Source of the DNA: Terriglobia bacterium
GTDB lineage: Bacteria > Acidobacteriota > Terriglobia > 20CM-2-55-15
DNA length: 64,000 nucleotides
Assembly (NCBI GenBank): GCA_965198225.1
Contig: CBDAOY010000005.1
Location: 224,001-288,000, forward strand
Reading direction: 5' to 3'
Made by a program: the position numbers and the translations under genes. The stretch's first letter is position 1. Every line of letters starts with the position of its first letter. The notes under the pieces were generated by a model. The model was not told the origin of the DNA. It did no database searches and was given only the letters and a program-made list of their open reading frames with translations. This document shows positions 53,789-63,415 of this stretch, piece after piece.

Positions 53789-54736
53789 ATGATTCTGGTG
53801 ACAGGCGGGGCGGGCTTTATCGGTTCTCACCTCATCGACAGTCTGCTTGACCGAGGAGAGGAAATCGTCTGCGTCGACGATTTCAATGATTTCTACTCGC
53901 CGGACATCAAACGGGCGAACATCAGCATCCATCTGGAATCGAACCGGTATCGCTTGGTTGAAGCCGATATTCGGGATCAGAAGGCCCTCGCCAGCGTCTT
54001 CGAGCGTCACGGGATTCACAAGATCGTCCACCTGGCGGCACGAGCCGGTGTCCGCCCCTCGCTTGTCGAGCCGCTCCTCTACGAAGATGTCAATGTCCGT
54101 GGAACCCTGTATCTGCTCGAGTTGGCACGTGTGCACGAGGTCGACCAATTTGTTTTCGCCTCATCTTCTTCGGTTTACGGGGCAAACAAGAAGGTCCCTT
54201 TCAGTGAAGACGACCGGATCGATCGAACCATCTCTCCATACGCTGCGACAAAGTACGGCGGAGAGCTCTTCTGCCACACTTATCACCACCTCTACGGCAT
54301 ACCGACTACCTGCTTGCGATTCTTCACGGTTTACGGGCCGCGGCAGCGTCCGGAGATGGCGATCCACAAATTTACACGTCTGCTGTTCGAATCGAAACCG
54401 ATCCCCATGTTCGGAGACGGGGAAAGCGCGCGCGATTACACCTACATCGACGACATCCTGGCGGGACTTCTCTCGGCGATAGACCACCCTTTCGACTTCG
54501 AGGTGATCAACCTGGGAGAATCGAATACGACAACGCTCCGGGAATTGATCGATGCGCTCGGCCGTCTCTCGGGCCGGTCGGTCGATGTCGAACGCCTTCC
54601 CAACCAACCCGGCGACGTCGAAATCAACTACGCCGACGTCTCCAAGGCGAAACGCCTGCTCGACTACCACCCGACCACGTCAATCGAAGACGGCCTGTCC
54701 AATTTCCTCGAATGGTTCGAGAAAAGCCTGGCCTGA
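53789..54736 (+). CDS. NAD-dependent epimerase (UDP-glucuronate 4-epimerase-like)
   Basis: TGGAGFIG, HLAARAGVR, YAATK, RFFTVYGP. Confidence 0.92.
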   Translation: MILVTGGAGFIGSHLIDSLLDRGEEIVCVDDFNDFYSPDIKRANISIHLESNRYRLVEADIRDQKALASVFERHGIHKIVHLAARAGVRPSLVEPLLYEDVNVRGTLYLLELARVHEVDQFVFASSSSVYGANKKVPFSEDDRIDRTISPYAATKYGGELFCHTYHHLYGIPTTCLRFFTVYGPRQRPEMAIHKFTRLLFESKPIPMFGDGESARDYTYIDDILAGLLSAIDHPFDFEVINLGESNTTTLRELIDALGRLSGRSVDVERLPNQPGDVEINYADVSKAKRLLDYHPTTSIEDGLSNFLEWFEKSLA

Positions 54737-54761
54737 ACCGTTCGCAGTCGGAAAAAGGTCT

Positions 54762-54840
54762 TAACCACGGAGGCGCGGAGGCACGGAGATTGCCAAGAGA
54801 CATCGGCAACAAGACATCCCTCCTCCGTGTCTCCGTGGTC
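54762..54840. repeat. Family A palindromic repeat
   Basis: taaccacggaggcgcggaggcacggag ... ctccgtgtctccgtggt. Confidence 0.85.
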
Positions 54841-54899
54841 AAACCAAGTCCCCTCCGCTGTTCAGTTGAAGGGCGTATGTTAGGATTTATGTTTAGCTT

Positions 54900-56747
54900 A
54901 TGAGGGATTTTCTCGACACGCTCCAGGAGCGCGTACTCGTTTGCGACGGGGCGATGGGCACGATGCTCTACGGCAAGGGAGTGTTCATAAATCGTTGTTT
55001 TGACGAGCTCAACATCTCCTCGCCGGAAATGGTCAAGGAGGTTCATTCCGAATACATCGCGGCCGGTGCCGACATCATCGAAACGAACACGTTCGGTGCG
55101 AACCGGCACAAGTTGATGATGCACGGGCTGGGCGCGCAGCTGGAAGAAATCAACCGCCAGGGAGCGCGAATCGCGAAGGGAGCCGCGGGCGACGACGCCT
55201 TCGTCGCCGGCGCGATCGGTCCGCTCGACATCCGTATCGAACCCTGGGGCAAGACATCGATCGACGACGCCCGGGCGGCTTTTGCCGAGCAGGCTCGCGC
55301 TCTGCGGGAAGGCGGAGTCGACCTGTTCATCCTCGAAACCTTTTCGGACCTAAACGAAGTTCATGCCGCGATCCGAGGTGTTCGTGACGCATCCGACCTT
55401 CCTATCGTCGCCCAGATGACGATCGAGGAGGACGGGAACAGCCTCGAGGGAACGCCGCCGGAGGTGTTCGGCCGAAGGCTCGATGAGTGGGGCGCCGATG
55501 TCGTCGGCCTCAACTGCAGCGTCGGCCCTCAGGCGATGCTGGATGGGCTGGAAAGACTGGCCCTGATCACGACCAGGAAGCTCTCCGTGCTGCCGAACGC
55601 GGGACGTCCGCGAAACGTCGAAGGCCGTAACCTCTATCTCTGTTCGCCGGAATACATGGCTTCCTATGCCCGCAAGTTTGTCCGATACGGCGCGGGTATC
55701 GTCGGCGGATGCTGCGGGACGACGCCGCAGCACATCCAGGCCCTCCGCGCCGCCGTTCGTTCGGAAGAGCCCGGCGTCCGACACCGTATCGTGTCTGCCG
55801 CCCCCGCCCCCGCACCCCATCCGGAGACGGTTCCGTTCGAAGAAAAATCGGAAATCGCCAGGAAGCTGGCTGCCGATGAGTTCGTGTACTTTGTCGAGCT
55901 GATGCCGCCGCACGGCCACGAGGCGGACCAGGCGATCATCGATGCGAAGAGGCTCCGCTGCGCCGGAATCGACGCCATCACGATCGTCGAGGCGGCGCTA
56001 TCCAGTGCCCGGATGAGCGCGGTGTCGCTGGCGGTCCTGCTGAAGAGGGCCGCCGAGATTCCCACCTGCGTCCGGTACACTTGCTGCGATCACAACCTGA
56101 TGGGTATGCAGGCGGATCTGTTGGGAGCCTATGCCCTGGGCCTGAGAAACCTGCTTCTTGTCACCGGCGACCCTCCCCGGCTCGGGGACTACCCCGACGC
56201 GACGGCGGTCTTCGACGTCGACTCCATTGGGCTCACGAACATGGTCACACACCTGAACAGGGGGATCGACGTCGGCGGCAAGGAGATGGGACGGCCCACC
56301 GGTTTCCTGGTCGGCGTGATGGCAAACCCCGGCGCCGTCGATATCGATCGTGAGATGAAGCGGCTCTACTACAAGATCGAAGCCGGTGCGGAGTTCTTGG
56401 TCACGCCGCCGGTTTTCGATAGCACGCTGCTCGATCGGTTCGTCCGGAAGATCGAGCAGTACCGGAAGCCGGTCATCGCGGGGCTGATCCCGCTGGCCAG
56501 CTACAAGAACGCGGAGTTCCTAAATAACGAGGTCCCGGGATCGTCGATTCCCGATCCGATCCTGGACCGAATGCGCAACGCGGCAACGCCCGAAGCTGCC
56601 AAGGCGGAAGGCGTGCGGATCGCCCAGGAAACACTGCAGGCAATCCATGGAATGGTTCACGGGGTGCAGATCTCTCCTCCGTTGAACGACTACGACCGTG
56701 TCATCGAGATCCTGTCCGTCGTGGGATCAAAAGGAGCAGCATCGTGA
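54900..56747 (+). CDS. yitJ: Bifunctional homocysteine S-methyltransferase / methylenetetrahydrofolate reductase
   Basis: DGAMGT, GLNCS, GGCCGTTP, followed by an MTHFR domain (TGDPP, GAEF.VT.P.FD). Confidence 0.92.
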   Translation: MRDFLDTLQERVLVCDGAMGTMLYGKGVFINRCFDELNISSPEMVKEVHSEYIAAGADIIETNTFGANRHKLMMHGLGAQLEEINRQGARIAKGAAGDDAFVAGAIGPLDIRIEPWGKTSIDDARAAFAEQARALREGGVDLFILETFSDLNEVHAAIRGVRDASDLPIVAQMTIEEDGNSLEGTPPEVFGRRLDEWGADVVGLNCSVGPQAMLDGLERLALITTRKLSVLPNAGRPRNVEGRNLYLCSPEYMASYARKFVRYGAGIVGGCCGTTPQHIQALRAAVRSEEPGVRHRIVSAAPAPAPHPETVPFEEKSEIARKLAADEFVYFVELMPPHGHEADQAIIDAKRLRCAGIDAITIVEAALSSARMSAVSLAVLLKRAAEIPTCVRYTCCDHNLMGMQADLLGAYALGLRNLLLVTGDPPRLGDYPDATAVFDVDSIGLTNMVTHLNRGIDVGGKEMGRPTGFLVGVMANPGAVDIDREMKRLYYKIEAGAEFLVTPPVFDSTLLDRFVRKIEQYRKPVIAGLIPLASYKNAEFLNNEVPGSSIPDPILDRMRNAATPEAAKAEGVRIAQETLQAIHGMVHGVQISPPLNDYDRVIEILSVVGSKGAAS

Positions 56748-57349
56748 GAACACTCGTCATCATCAGCCTACTCGTATTCGTGCCCCTGGCCGTCGCTCAG
56801 GATCTCGAAGATCTGGATCCCGGACTCTACGCCCACTTTGATACGACCGCGGGTGAATTCACCGTCGAACTGTTTCAGGAGGAAGCACCGAAGACGGTCG
56901 GGAACTTCGTCAACCTGGCCACGGGCCGACAGGACTGGAGACACCCCGTGACCGGCGAGGTCCGCAAGGATACCCCCTACTACGACGGCATTATTTTCCA
57001 TCGCGTCATCGCAGATTTCATGATCCAGACGGGAGACCCGAGCGGTACCGGCGCCGGAGGCCCGGGCTACACGATCCCCGACGAATTTGCCGGGGGACTC
57101 CGGCACAGCCGGGAAGGTATCGTTTCGATGGCCAACAAGAACGTTGCGGACAGCGGCAGCGCCCAGTTCTTCATCACGCTCGCAGCTACTCGTTTCCTGG
57201 ACGGAAAGCATGCCATCTTCGGACGGGTCGCCAAGGGAATCAATATCATCCGAAGTATCGGTAGAGTTCGAGTCGGCGACCGGGACAAGCCTATCAGGGA
57301 CGTCACGATCAACAAGGTGACGATACTGCGGAAGCAGGAGAAGGAGTGA
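56744..57349 (+). CDS. Cyclophilin-type peptidyl-prolyl isomerase (secreted)
   Basis: FHRVI..FMIQTGDP, SMAN, QFFIT, LDGKH.IFG. Confidence 0.94.
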   Translation: MRTLVIISLLVFVPLAVAQDLEDLDPGLYAHFDTTAGEFTVELFQEEAPKTVGNFVNLATGRQDWRHPVTGEVRKDTPYYDGIIFHRVIADFMIQTGDPSGTGAGGPGYTIPDEFAGGLRHSREGIVSMANKNVADSGSAQFFITLAATRFLDGKHAIFGRVAKGINIIRSIGRVRVGDRDKPIRDVTINKVTILRKQEKE

Positions 57350-57369
57350 GAAAGGCTCGGGCGCCTCGA

Positions 57370-57418
57370 ACCCGGGGACAGGGCAAGCCCTGTCCCCCTC
57401 ACAGTGGCTCTCTCGCGG
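57370..57418. repeat. Family D hairpin repeat
   Basis: cccggggacagggcaagccctgtccccctcacagtggctctctcgcgg, identical to the copy at about 18551. Confidence 0.88.
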
Positions 57419-57448
57419 TACGCTGGTGCGGAGCGGGGACAGCTCGTT

Positions 57449-58855
57449 CTAGCGGGAAGTTTCCCGGGCGATTACTTCGACGAATTCCTGAGCACTGTAG
57501 CCGGATGAGACGACCGGCACCCCCAGTTCCTCTTCGACCTCGGTAATCGTCAGATCATCCAGGAACAGGTATTCCTCTCCGATCATTGATTCGGCGGGAA
57601 GGACGACGAAGTCGCCGTGCACCTTGCCCTTCAAGGCCCGAACGAAATCACTTCCTGTCAGCAGGCCGGCGACATTAACGCCGGAACCCCAGAACCGGTT
57701 TTCGACGGCTACCGTCTTCAGATCGAGGCGGAACCTGGCCACGCACTCCTCCAGGTGTCGGTGGAACAAACGGCCGGTGCATATCGTGCCCATTCGTGAT
57801 GCGGCGGGCGGCATGAACTTCCGGATCGCTCGATCGAACTCATCGAGAAACGTCCGGACCATGCCGACGCCGTTCTCGATCTGCGGAAACTCGGCGTAGT
57901 GACTCTCGGGTGGCAGGACCTGCCCGGCCAGTATGTAGAACTCGTCTCCGAGAAAAACAAAGGGTGTGTCCCACTTGTCTTCGTAGTGGCGTTGGATAGG
58001 CTCGACGTGCGCGATCGTAGCTCGTGCGTAGTCTGGAGTAACCGAATCGAGTTTGGGCAGGTTCTCGCGATGATCCGTCAGCCCGAGCGGTACGACGGCG
58101 ACGGACTGAACCCCCGGATGGCGCCCGGCGAGGTCCTCGATCGTCTGTTCCAGGTGCGCCCCATCGTTGAGGCCGGGACATAGAACGACCTGGCAGTGCA
58201 GCATGATGCCCGCCTCCGTCAGCCGGTCCAGCTTGGTATCGAGGCCGTCATAGGTCGTGTTGCCGAGCATGGCGGTACGCAGCTCCGGTTCGGTGGCATG
58301 CACGGAAATATAGAGGGGTGAGAGCCGTTGCTCGATGATCCGTTCGAGCTCGTCTTCGGCAACATTGGTCAGCGTAAGATAGTTTCCGAAAAGGAACGAC
58401 AGGCGGTAGTCCTCATCCTTGATCCGAAGCGAGCGCCGGGTGTTGCCGGGATTCTGATGAACGAAGCAGAATACGCAGTCGTTGTCGCAGACGAGAGGCT
58501 CGATCGGTTCGAACTCGACCCCGAAATCTTCCCATTCCCGGCGGACGAACCCGAGAGTCCGATCCTGCGTCCGGAGCGACATCCGCTCGCCGACGCCGGC
58601 GACCCCGAACTGAAAGTCAACCACATCCAGGAGCGGGTCGCCGTTCAGTTCGAGCACCTCGTCTCCAGGTTTCAGTCCGATACGTTCGGCCAGAGATCGT
58701 CGATCTACAGACAGAACCCGTAGCGGTTGGCCGGCCCTTTTGCGTGCAGGCGGGGCGTGACGGTACTCATGCTGCGCGCTGATCTTTCGCGCGACGTCCT
58801 GGTCGTTCGTGCGACGGACGTAGGCGCCGGTGGAGAACTGCTTCTTCCGGGTCAT
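57449..58855 (-). CDS. PDZ/radical-SAM DUF512 protein
   Basis: PDZ-like N-terminus, CDNDCVFC, KDEDYRLSF, QIENGVG, VAGLLTG; ATG at 58855. Confidence 0.9.
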   Translation of the reverse strand: MTRKKQFSTGAYVRRTNDQDVARKISAQHEYRHAPPARKRAGQPLRVLSVDRRSLAERIGLKPGDEVLELNGDPLLDVVDFQFGVAGVGERMSLRTQDRTLGFVRREWEDFGVEFEPIEPLVCDNDCVFCFVHQNPGNTRRSLRIKDEDYRLSFLFGNYLTLTNVAEDELERIIEQRLSPLYISVHATEPELRTAMLGNTTYDGLDTKLDRLTEAGIMLHCQVVLCPGLNDGAHLEQTIEDLAGRHPGVQSVAVVPLGLTDHRENLPKLDSVTPDYARATIAHVEPIQRHYEDKWDTPFVFLGDEFYILAGQVLPPESHYAEFPQIENGVGMVRTFLDEFDRAIRKFMPPAASRMGTICTGRLFHRHLEECVARFRLDLKTVAVENRFWGSGVNVAGLLTGSDFVRALKGKVHGDFVVLPAESMIGEEYLFLDDLTITEVEEELGVPVVSSGYSAQEFVEVIARETSR

Positions 58856-59439
58856 CCGTTCTCGAGCAGTTTCCGGCCGATCGCAAGGTAGTTGAGGCCC
58901 GAAATCGCCGTCAGCAAGCCCGTCAGGATGAACAGGAAGTACAGTCCGGGCTCCTGCACATTCATCCAGTTGTAGGCCAGAACGACAAACACCGTCAGGA
59001 GTTGGAATGCCGTACTCGCCTTGCCGTACATTGTCGGCGGAAAGGTTCTGAAACCGTGGACAAGAACGAAGGCAAGGCTGCCCAACAGGATGAACACATC
59101 TCTGAAGATGACCAGCAGCAGCAGCCACAGAGGTATTGCGTTGGCAAACCCCATCTCGGGAAGCGACAGTACGACGATGGAACTGATCATCAGGAGCTTG
59201 TCCGCGATCGGATCCAGAATCGCGCCGACCGATGTCTTCTGGCCGAAACGCCGCGCGATGATTCCATCGAGGCCATCGGTCAGACCCGCTGCCAGGAATG
59301 TCAGCAACGCCCAACCGAGCCGGTTGTAGACGAGCAGAATGATAAACACAGGCACGAAGACGATCCGCAGGATCGTCAGCTGGTTCGCCAGCGTGAGGAT
59401 GTTCGGCTCGTAATGCTCGACTGTCTTGCTGGGTGACAT
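58852..59439 (-). CDS. CDP-alcohol phosphatidyltransferase (PgsA-like)
   Basis: NQLT.LR, D.LDG..AR.....G..LDP.ADK motif. Confidence 0.93.
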   Translation of the reverse strand: MSPSKTVEHYEPNILTLANQLTILRIVFVPVFIILLVYNRLGWALLTFLAAGLTDGLDGIIARRFGQKTSVGAILDPIADKLLMISSIVVLSLPEMGFANAIPLWLLLLVIFRDVFILLGSLAFVLVHGFRTFPPTMYGKASTAFQLLTVFVVLAYNWMNVQEPGLYFLFILTGLLTAISGLNYLAIGRKLLENG

Positions 59440-59613
59440 TTTCTAGTTCCTGTTATTCCACCGGGCTCTCATCTACGCGGATTGCTCTGATTCTTTTGAG
59501 AATGAACTACCCGCGCACTACCTCGCCTTGTCAAGAGAGTGTCCCCGTAAACAAAAGGACGCAGGGACCAGGGTCCGTGCGTCCTTCAATCGTTCGATCC
59601 GGGCGACGTTCGG

Positions 59614-60042
59614 TTATTGCACAGTCACCGGAACCGCGGTATCGACCACCTGGCGGGAGCAGAAGCCGTCCGCCTTGGAGCAGAAGAAGTAGACGAGTGT
59701 CGCGGGAATCTCGTAGGCTCCCGCCTCCGCGGCCTCGACGACGATATCGAATGTCGGCACGTCGACGTAGTACTCGTCCGTCGATTTCGGGTCTTCCGAA
59801 GATGAAACCAGACTGGTGTCGGTCAGCGTCAGACCCTCGATCCCTTCGAGTTTCAGTTGAATCGGAGGAATGCGGTTGATGACGTACCCTTTCTTGACGT
59901 CGAAGGAAACCTTGACCTCTCCCGTCTCGCCGGCCGGAATGGACTTCTCGGAAAAAGCGGGCTCCATGACCTGGGGCAACGCGGCGCCCGGACCGGAGAG
60001 CTGCGCCAGAAGAAGGATGATTCCAACCGCAAAGTTCACCAT
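59614..60042 (-). CDS. Secreted DsbD N-terminal-like protein
   Basis: Signal peptide, Ig-like beta pattern, C-terminal CSKADGFC. Confidence 0.65.
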   Translation of the reverse strand: MVNFAVGIILLLAQLSGPGAALPQVMEPAFSEKSIPAGETGEVKVSFDVKKGYVINRIPPIQLKLEGIEGLTLTDTSLVSSSEDPKSTDEYYVDVPTFDIVVEAAEAGAYEIPATLVYFFCSKADGFCSRQVVDTAVPVTVQ

Positions 60043-60118
60043 AATAGTCTCCTTTGATGCGACGCACTGACACCTCGTGCGGGAAGCTATCGGGGTGCAA
60101 GTCGTTCAGAATTATAGC

Positions 60119-61210
60119 ATGAGAATTACTTCGGTCGTGGGCGCCCGGCCCAACTTCATGAAGATCGCGCCGATTGCGGCCCTCCTGGCAGATGTCGGGG
60201 ACGTCCGGCACTACCTGGTCCATACCGGACAGCACTACGACCAGGGTATGTCGGACGTTTTCTTTCGAGATTTGTCAATTCCGGTGCCCGATATCGACTT
60301 GGGAGTCGGCTCGGCCTCCCACGCCGTCCAGACGGCCCGGATCATGGAGGAGTTCGAAAAGGTCTGCCTCTCGGAGCGGCCGGACGTGATCATAGTCGTT
60401 GGCGACGTGAATTCGACGATGGCCTGCACGCTGGTCGCGGCAAAGCTCCTGATCCCGGTGGCCCACGTGGAAGCCGGCCTGCGGAGCTTCGACCGGACGA
60501 TGCCCGAGGAGATCAATCGCCTCGTCACCGATGCGCTCGCCGAAATCCTGTTCACAACGAGTCGCGACGCCGACGAGAACCTCAAACGGGAAGGTGTCCC
60601 GGAAAAAAAGATCCACTTCGTCGGGAACGTCATGATCGACACCCTGCTGCAACACCGCGAGAAGGCCACGTCGCTCGATGTCGCCACGGGCCTCGGGCTG
60701 GACGGTGGCGGTTACGCCGTGATGACCCTTCACCGACCCTCCAACGTGGACGACCCCATCGTGCTCCAGGGCATCCTTGAATCGGTGCAGGAAATCTCGA
60801 AGTCAATGCCCGTCGTCTTTCCAATCCATCCCCGTACATCGGGGCGCATCCGGGAGTTCGAACTGGATCCTCTGGTCCACGGCGCCGTCCGTATCTGTGA
60901 TCCCCTCGGGTACCTGGAGTTCCTCAACCTGATGTCTGAAGCACGGTTCGTGCTCACCGATTCCGGCGGCCTTCAAGAAGAGACGACAATCCTGGGCATT
61001 CCCTGCTTGACCATCCGCGAAAACACCGAGCGACCTGTCACGATCACCGAAGGGAGCAACCTGCTGGTCGGAACCGACCCGGAGCGGATCCTGGAGGCAG
61101 CTCGAAAGATCCTTGCCGGCCATTGGAAGGAATCCAGGGTGCCGGAGTACTGGGATGGGAAGGCGGCCGAGAGGATCGTGAAGATCCTGACTGCAACGAA
61201 ACCCGCCTGA
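60119..61210 (+). CDS. wecB: UDP-N-acetylglucosamine 2-epimerase (non-hydrolysing)
   Basis: GARPNFMK, HTGQH, HVEAGLRS, DSGGLQEE; ATG at 60119. Confidence 0.95.
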   Translation: MRITSVVGARPNFMKIAPIAALLADVGDVRHYLVHTGQHYDQGMSDVFFRDLSIPVPDIDLGVGSASHAVQTARIMEEFEKVCLSERPDVIIVVGDVNSTMACTLVAAKLLIPVAHVEAGLRSFDRTMPEEINRLVTDALAEILFTTSRDADENLKREGVPEKKIHFVGNVMIDTLLQHREKATSLDVATGLGLDGGGYAVMTLHRPSNVDDPIVLQGILESVQEISKSMPVVFPIHPRTSGRIREFELDPLVHGAVRICDPLGYLEFLNLMSEARFVLTDSGGLQEETTILGIPCLTIRENTERPVTITEGSNLLVGTDPERILEAARKILAGHWKESRVPEYWDGKAAERIVKILTATKPA

Positions 61211-61243
61211 ACCTGATACGCACACGAACGCATGCGGATCCGT

Positions 61244-61334
61244 TAACCACAGAGGCACGAAGGCACAGACGTTTCTGGTCTGTGTGGAAGTGTATCCCGA
61301 TACAAATCCTCCGTGCCTCGGCGCCTCCGTGGTT
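61244..61334. repeat. Family A palindromic repeat
   Basis: taaccacagaggcacgaaggcacaga ... tacaaatcctccgtgcctcggcgcctccgtggtt; the right part nearly equals 24971-25005. Confidence 0.85.
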
Positions 61335-61636
61335 CAGAAAGTCTTCAAATCTGCGAACTAGTAGGTCGCGTCCCGCGCACAGTTTCTCCCGCCGCTCCAA
61401 TCACATCAGCCACTTAGCATTGGTACTCCCGATGCACCTATCAGCATGTTCCGGTGGTCGCCCTCGGGGGCTCATTTAACCGAAGGGCCGGTGCTTCCGA
61501 GGGCTCTGCCGGCGCATTCTCCAGGTTCCTCTCGGCGGTTAGGGGGTGAGGCTGTGTATTTATCAATGCAAAGGGCCGCAGTCGCACAGACCGCCGAGAG
61601 GAGACATCGCAAACCCTATCCTCAGAAGGAGGTCCC

Positions 61637-61927
61637 ATGTCCCGAAAGATTCTTGCCGGCACGATTGTGGCGACCCTTTTGTTCAGCATGGCAGCCATCG
61701 CCGGACAGCGTGGAAACCCGATGCCGGAACCTGTCAAGCTGGTCGACATCAACTCCGCGCCAATGGAAGACATCGAAACCGTCGTGATGAATGAGCTTCT
61801 CGCGAAGAAGATCATCGACAATCGTCCTTACGCCAACAAGAGGCAGTTGGTGACTCGAAAATTGATCACGTTCGAACATTACGAAGAGATCAAGGATCGA
61901 ATCATAGCCAGGCGAGGCCCACAGTAG
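61637..61927 (+). CDS. Small secreted helix-hairpin-helix (ComEA-like) protein
   Basis: Signal peptide, VDINSA, AKKIIDNRPY..K.QLV; AGGAGG SD. Confidence 0.8.
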   Translation: MSRKILAGTIVATLLFSMAAIAGQRGNPMPEPVKLVDINSAPMEDIETVVMNELLAKKIIDNRPYANKRQLVTRKLITFEHYEEIKDRIIARRGPQ

Positions 61928-61935
61928 GCCTGCCG

Positions 61936-62223
61936 ATGTACGTGCGGATGGTCATCGGTGAAGCGGCCCACAAGGAGCAGGTAACCGAGTTTGCCGGCAT
62001 CTATCACTCCGAGGTTCTTCCAAAGCTTCAGCAGGAGCCGGGGTTTCGGTCGGCAAATCTAATGATCGAAGACGGGGGGCGTATGGCTGTTTCGCTGACG
62101 GCATGGAACTCTCGCGAGGACTGCCTGAAGTATCACTCCAGCCTCGCCTACCGCGAGTTCGTAGAAAAGACACATCACCTATTGACCGGCGAATTCGTGG
62201 TCAAGCTGTTCAACGCGGTTTAG
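61936..62223 (+). CDS. Antibiotic biosynthesis monooxygenase (ABM) domain protein
   Basis: About 95 aa; QEPGF, T.WNSRED..KY pattern. Confidence 0.75.
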   Translation: MYVRMVIGEAAHKEQVTEFAGIYHSEVLPKLQQEPGFRSANLMIEDGGRMAVSLTAWNSREDCLKYHSSLAYREFVEKTHHLLTGEFVVKLFNAV

Positions 62224-62276
62224 ACGCTTGATCCTCGAGTTTGAGGATTCGCCCTCTGATGGCGGGGATCAAGCGT
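62224..62276. terminator. Hairpin between convergent genes
   Basis: acgcttgatcc ... ggatcaagcgt directly after the stop codon; no poly-U tract. Confidence 0.4.
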
Positions 62277-62365
62277 GCTGTCAGCGATCAGCCTTCAGCT
62301 ACTTTGGGAACGGGGCGATAGCCCCATCCGGTGGAGCCGATAGCTGAACGCTGATGGCTGATCGC
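62277..62365. repeat. Heptamer-periodic inverted repeat (TCAGC / GCTGA units)
   Basis: gctgtcagcgatcagccttcagct ... agctgaacgctgatggctgatcgc; similar to 9141-9210. Confidence 0.6.
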
Positions 62366-62380
62366 ATACTCGCAATGGAA

Positions 62381-63394
62381 CTACTCGGCCTTCTTCCGGT
62401 AAGGCCGAAAGTCGACATTGCAGCGGTGACGCCGGAGGAAATCCATGAACCTCTTGTAGTCCGAGTCGGGCATCTTGAACAGGCGCACCATCTTCCGGTA
62501 GTTTCCTTGAGTCTGAAGAAGCCCGCGCCGTATCACTGCTTCGACCTGACGCTTCGTGATCAAGCGCTCGGTGTAGGGTCGAGCAACCGACTCCCAGAAA
62601 TCGTCCACAATGATCTCGTCGAAAGTCTCCCGGGTCAGGACATCGGTCGGTAAGGCGATCGCGTCCGGACCGATTGCTTCGGCCTCGACCGTGTAGTACG
62701 CGCTTTCGACGACGTTCTGAAGCTCCCGAATATTGCCGGGATAGGAGTAGCTCTCGAGTTTCTTCATGGCGTCGTTCGTCAAAGTTCTGACCTGGTGGTT
62801 TCGGATATTCAGTTCGCCGATGACGCTCGCGACAATTAGCGGGATGTCTCCTTTGCGCTTCCGGAGCGGCGGTATCTGGATTGGAAAGACGTTCAGCCGG
62901 TACAGCAGGTCTTCGCGGAACTCACCGGATCGGGTCATCGCCCGCAGGTCGCAATTCGTGGCCGCGATCACGCGGAGCTCGAGCTTTCGATCGACCAGAT
63001 CTCCAAGCCTGCGAACCTGCCGCTCCTGCAGCACACGCAGGAACTTCACCTGAAAGCGCTTCGAAGTGTTACTGATCTCATCTAGGAACAGCGTCCCGTG
63101 GTTGGCTTCTTCAAACAGGCCGGGCTTGTCGGCCACGGCCGTTGTGAACGCACCGCGCCGGTGGCCGAACAACTCGCTCTCGACCAGATCTTCGGGTACG
63201 GCACCGCAGTCGACCGGAACGAACCGGCCTCCGTTCGACTGGCCAAGATCGTGGATCGAGCGGGCCACGAGTTCCTTGCCAGTGCCCGTTTCTCCTTCGA
63301 TCAGAACCGAACTCGCCGCCCGTGCGGCCGCCCGGATCCTCGATTTCAGTATCTGCATCGCATCACTCTGCCCGATCAGTTTCGTATCCGTCAT
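62381..63394 (-). CDS. Sigma-54-dependent activator without an N-terminal sensory domain
   Basis: GETGTGKE, ESELFGH..GAFTTA, LFLDE, FREDLLYRL, PGNIREL; probable ATG at 63394. Confidence 0.9.
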   Translation of the reverse strand: MTDTKLIGQSDAMQILKSRIRAAARAASSVLIEGETGTGKELVARSIHDLGQSNGGRFVPVDCGAVPEDLVESELFGHRRGAFTTAVADKPGLFEEANHGTLFLDEISNTSKRFQVKFLRVLQERQVRRLGDLVDRKLELRVIAATNCDLRAMTRSGEFREDLLYRLNVFPIQIPPLRKRKGDIPLIVASVIGELNIRNHQVRTLTNDAMKKLESYSYPGNIRELQNVVESAYYTVEAEAIGPDAIALPTDVLTRETFDEIIVDDFWESVARPYTERLITKRQVEAVIRRGLLQTQGNYRKMVRLFKMPDSDYKRFMDFLRRHRCNVDFRPYRKKAE

Positions 63395-63415
63395 GTCTAC
63401 AGAGCCGGAGGAGCC

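Noticed and set aside
53504-54148. N-terminal extension of the 605-aa thiolase ORF
   Set aside because: It runs through repeats and antisense to the epimerase; the real start is 53503, with an SD.
54737-54899. SAM riboswitch upstream of yitJ
   Set aside because: No S-box consensus seen; the space is occupied by a family A repeat and a probable promoter.
58856-59314. N-terminal extension of the DUF512 ORF
   Set aside because: It overlaps the pgsA-like gene in another frame; the ATGA-coupled start at 58855 is more plausible.
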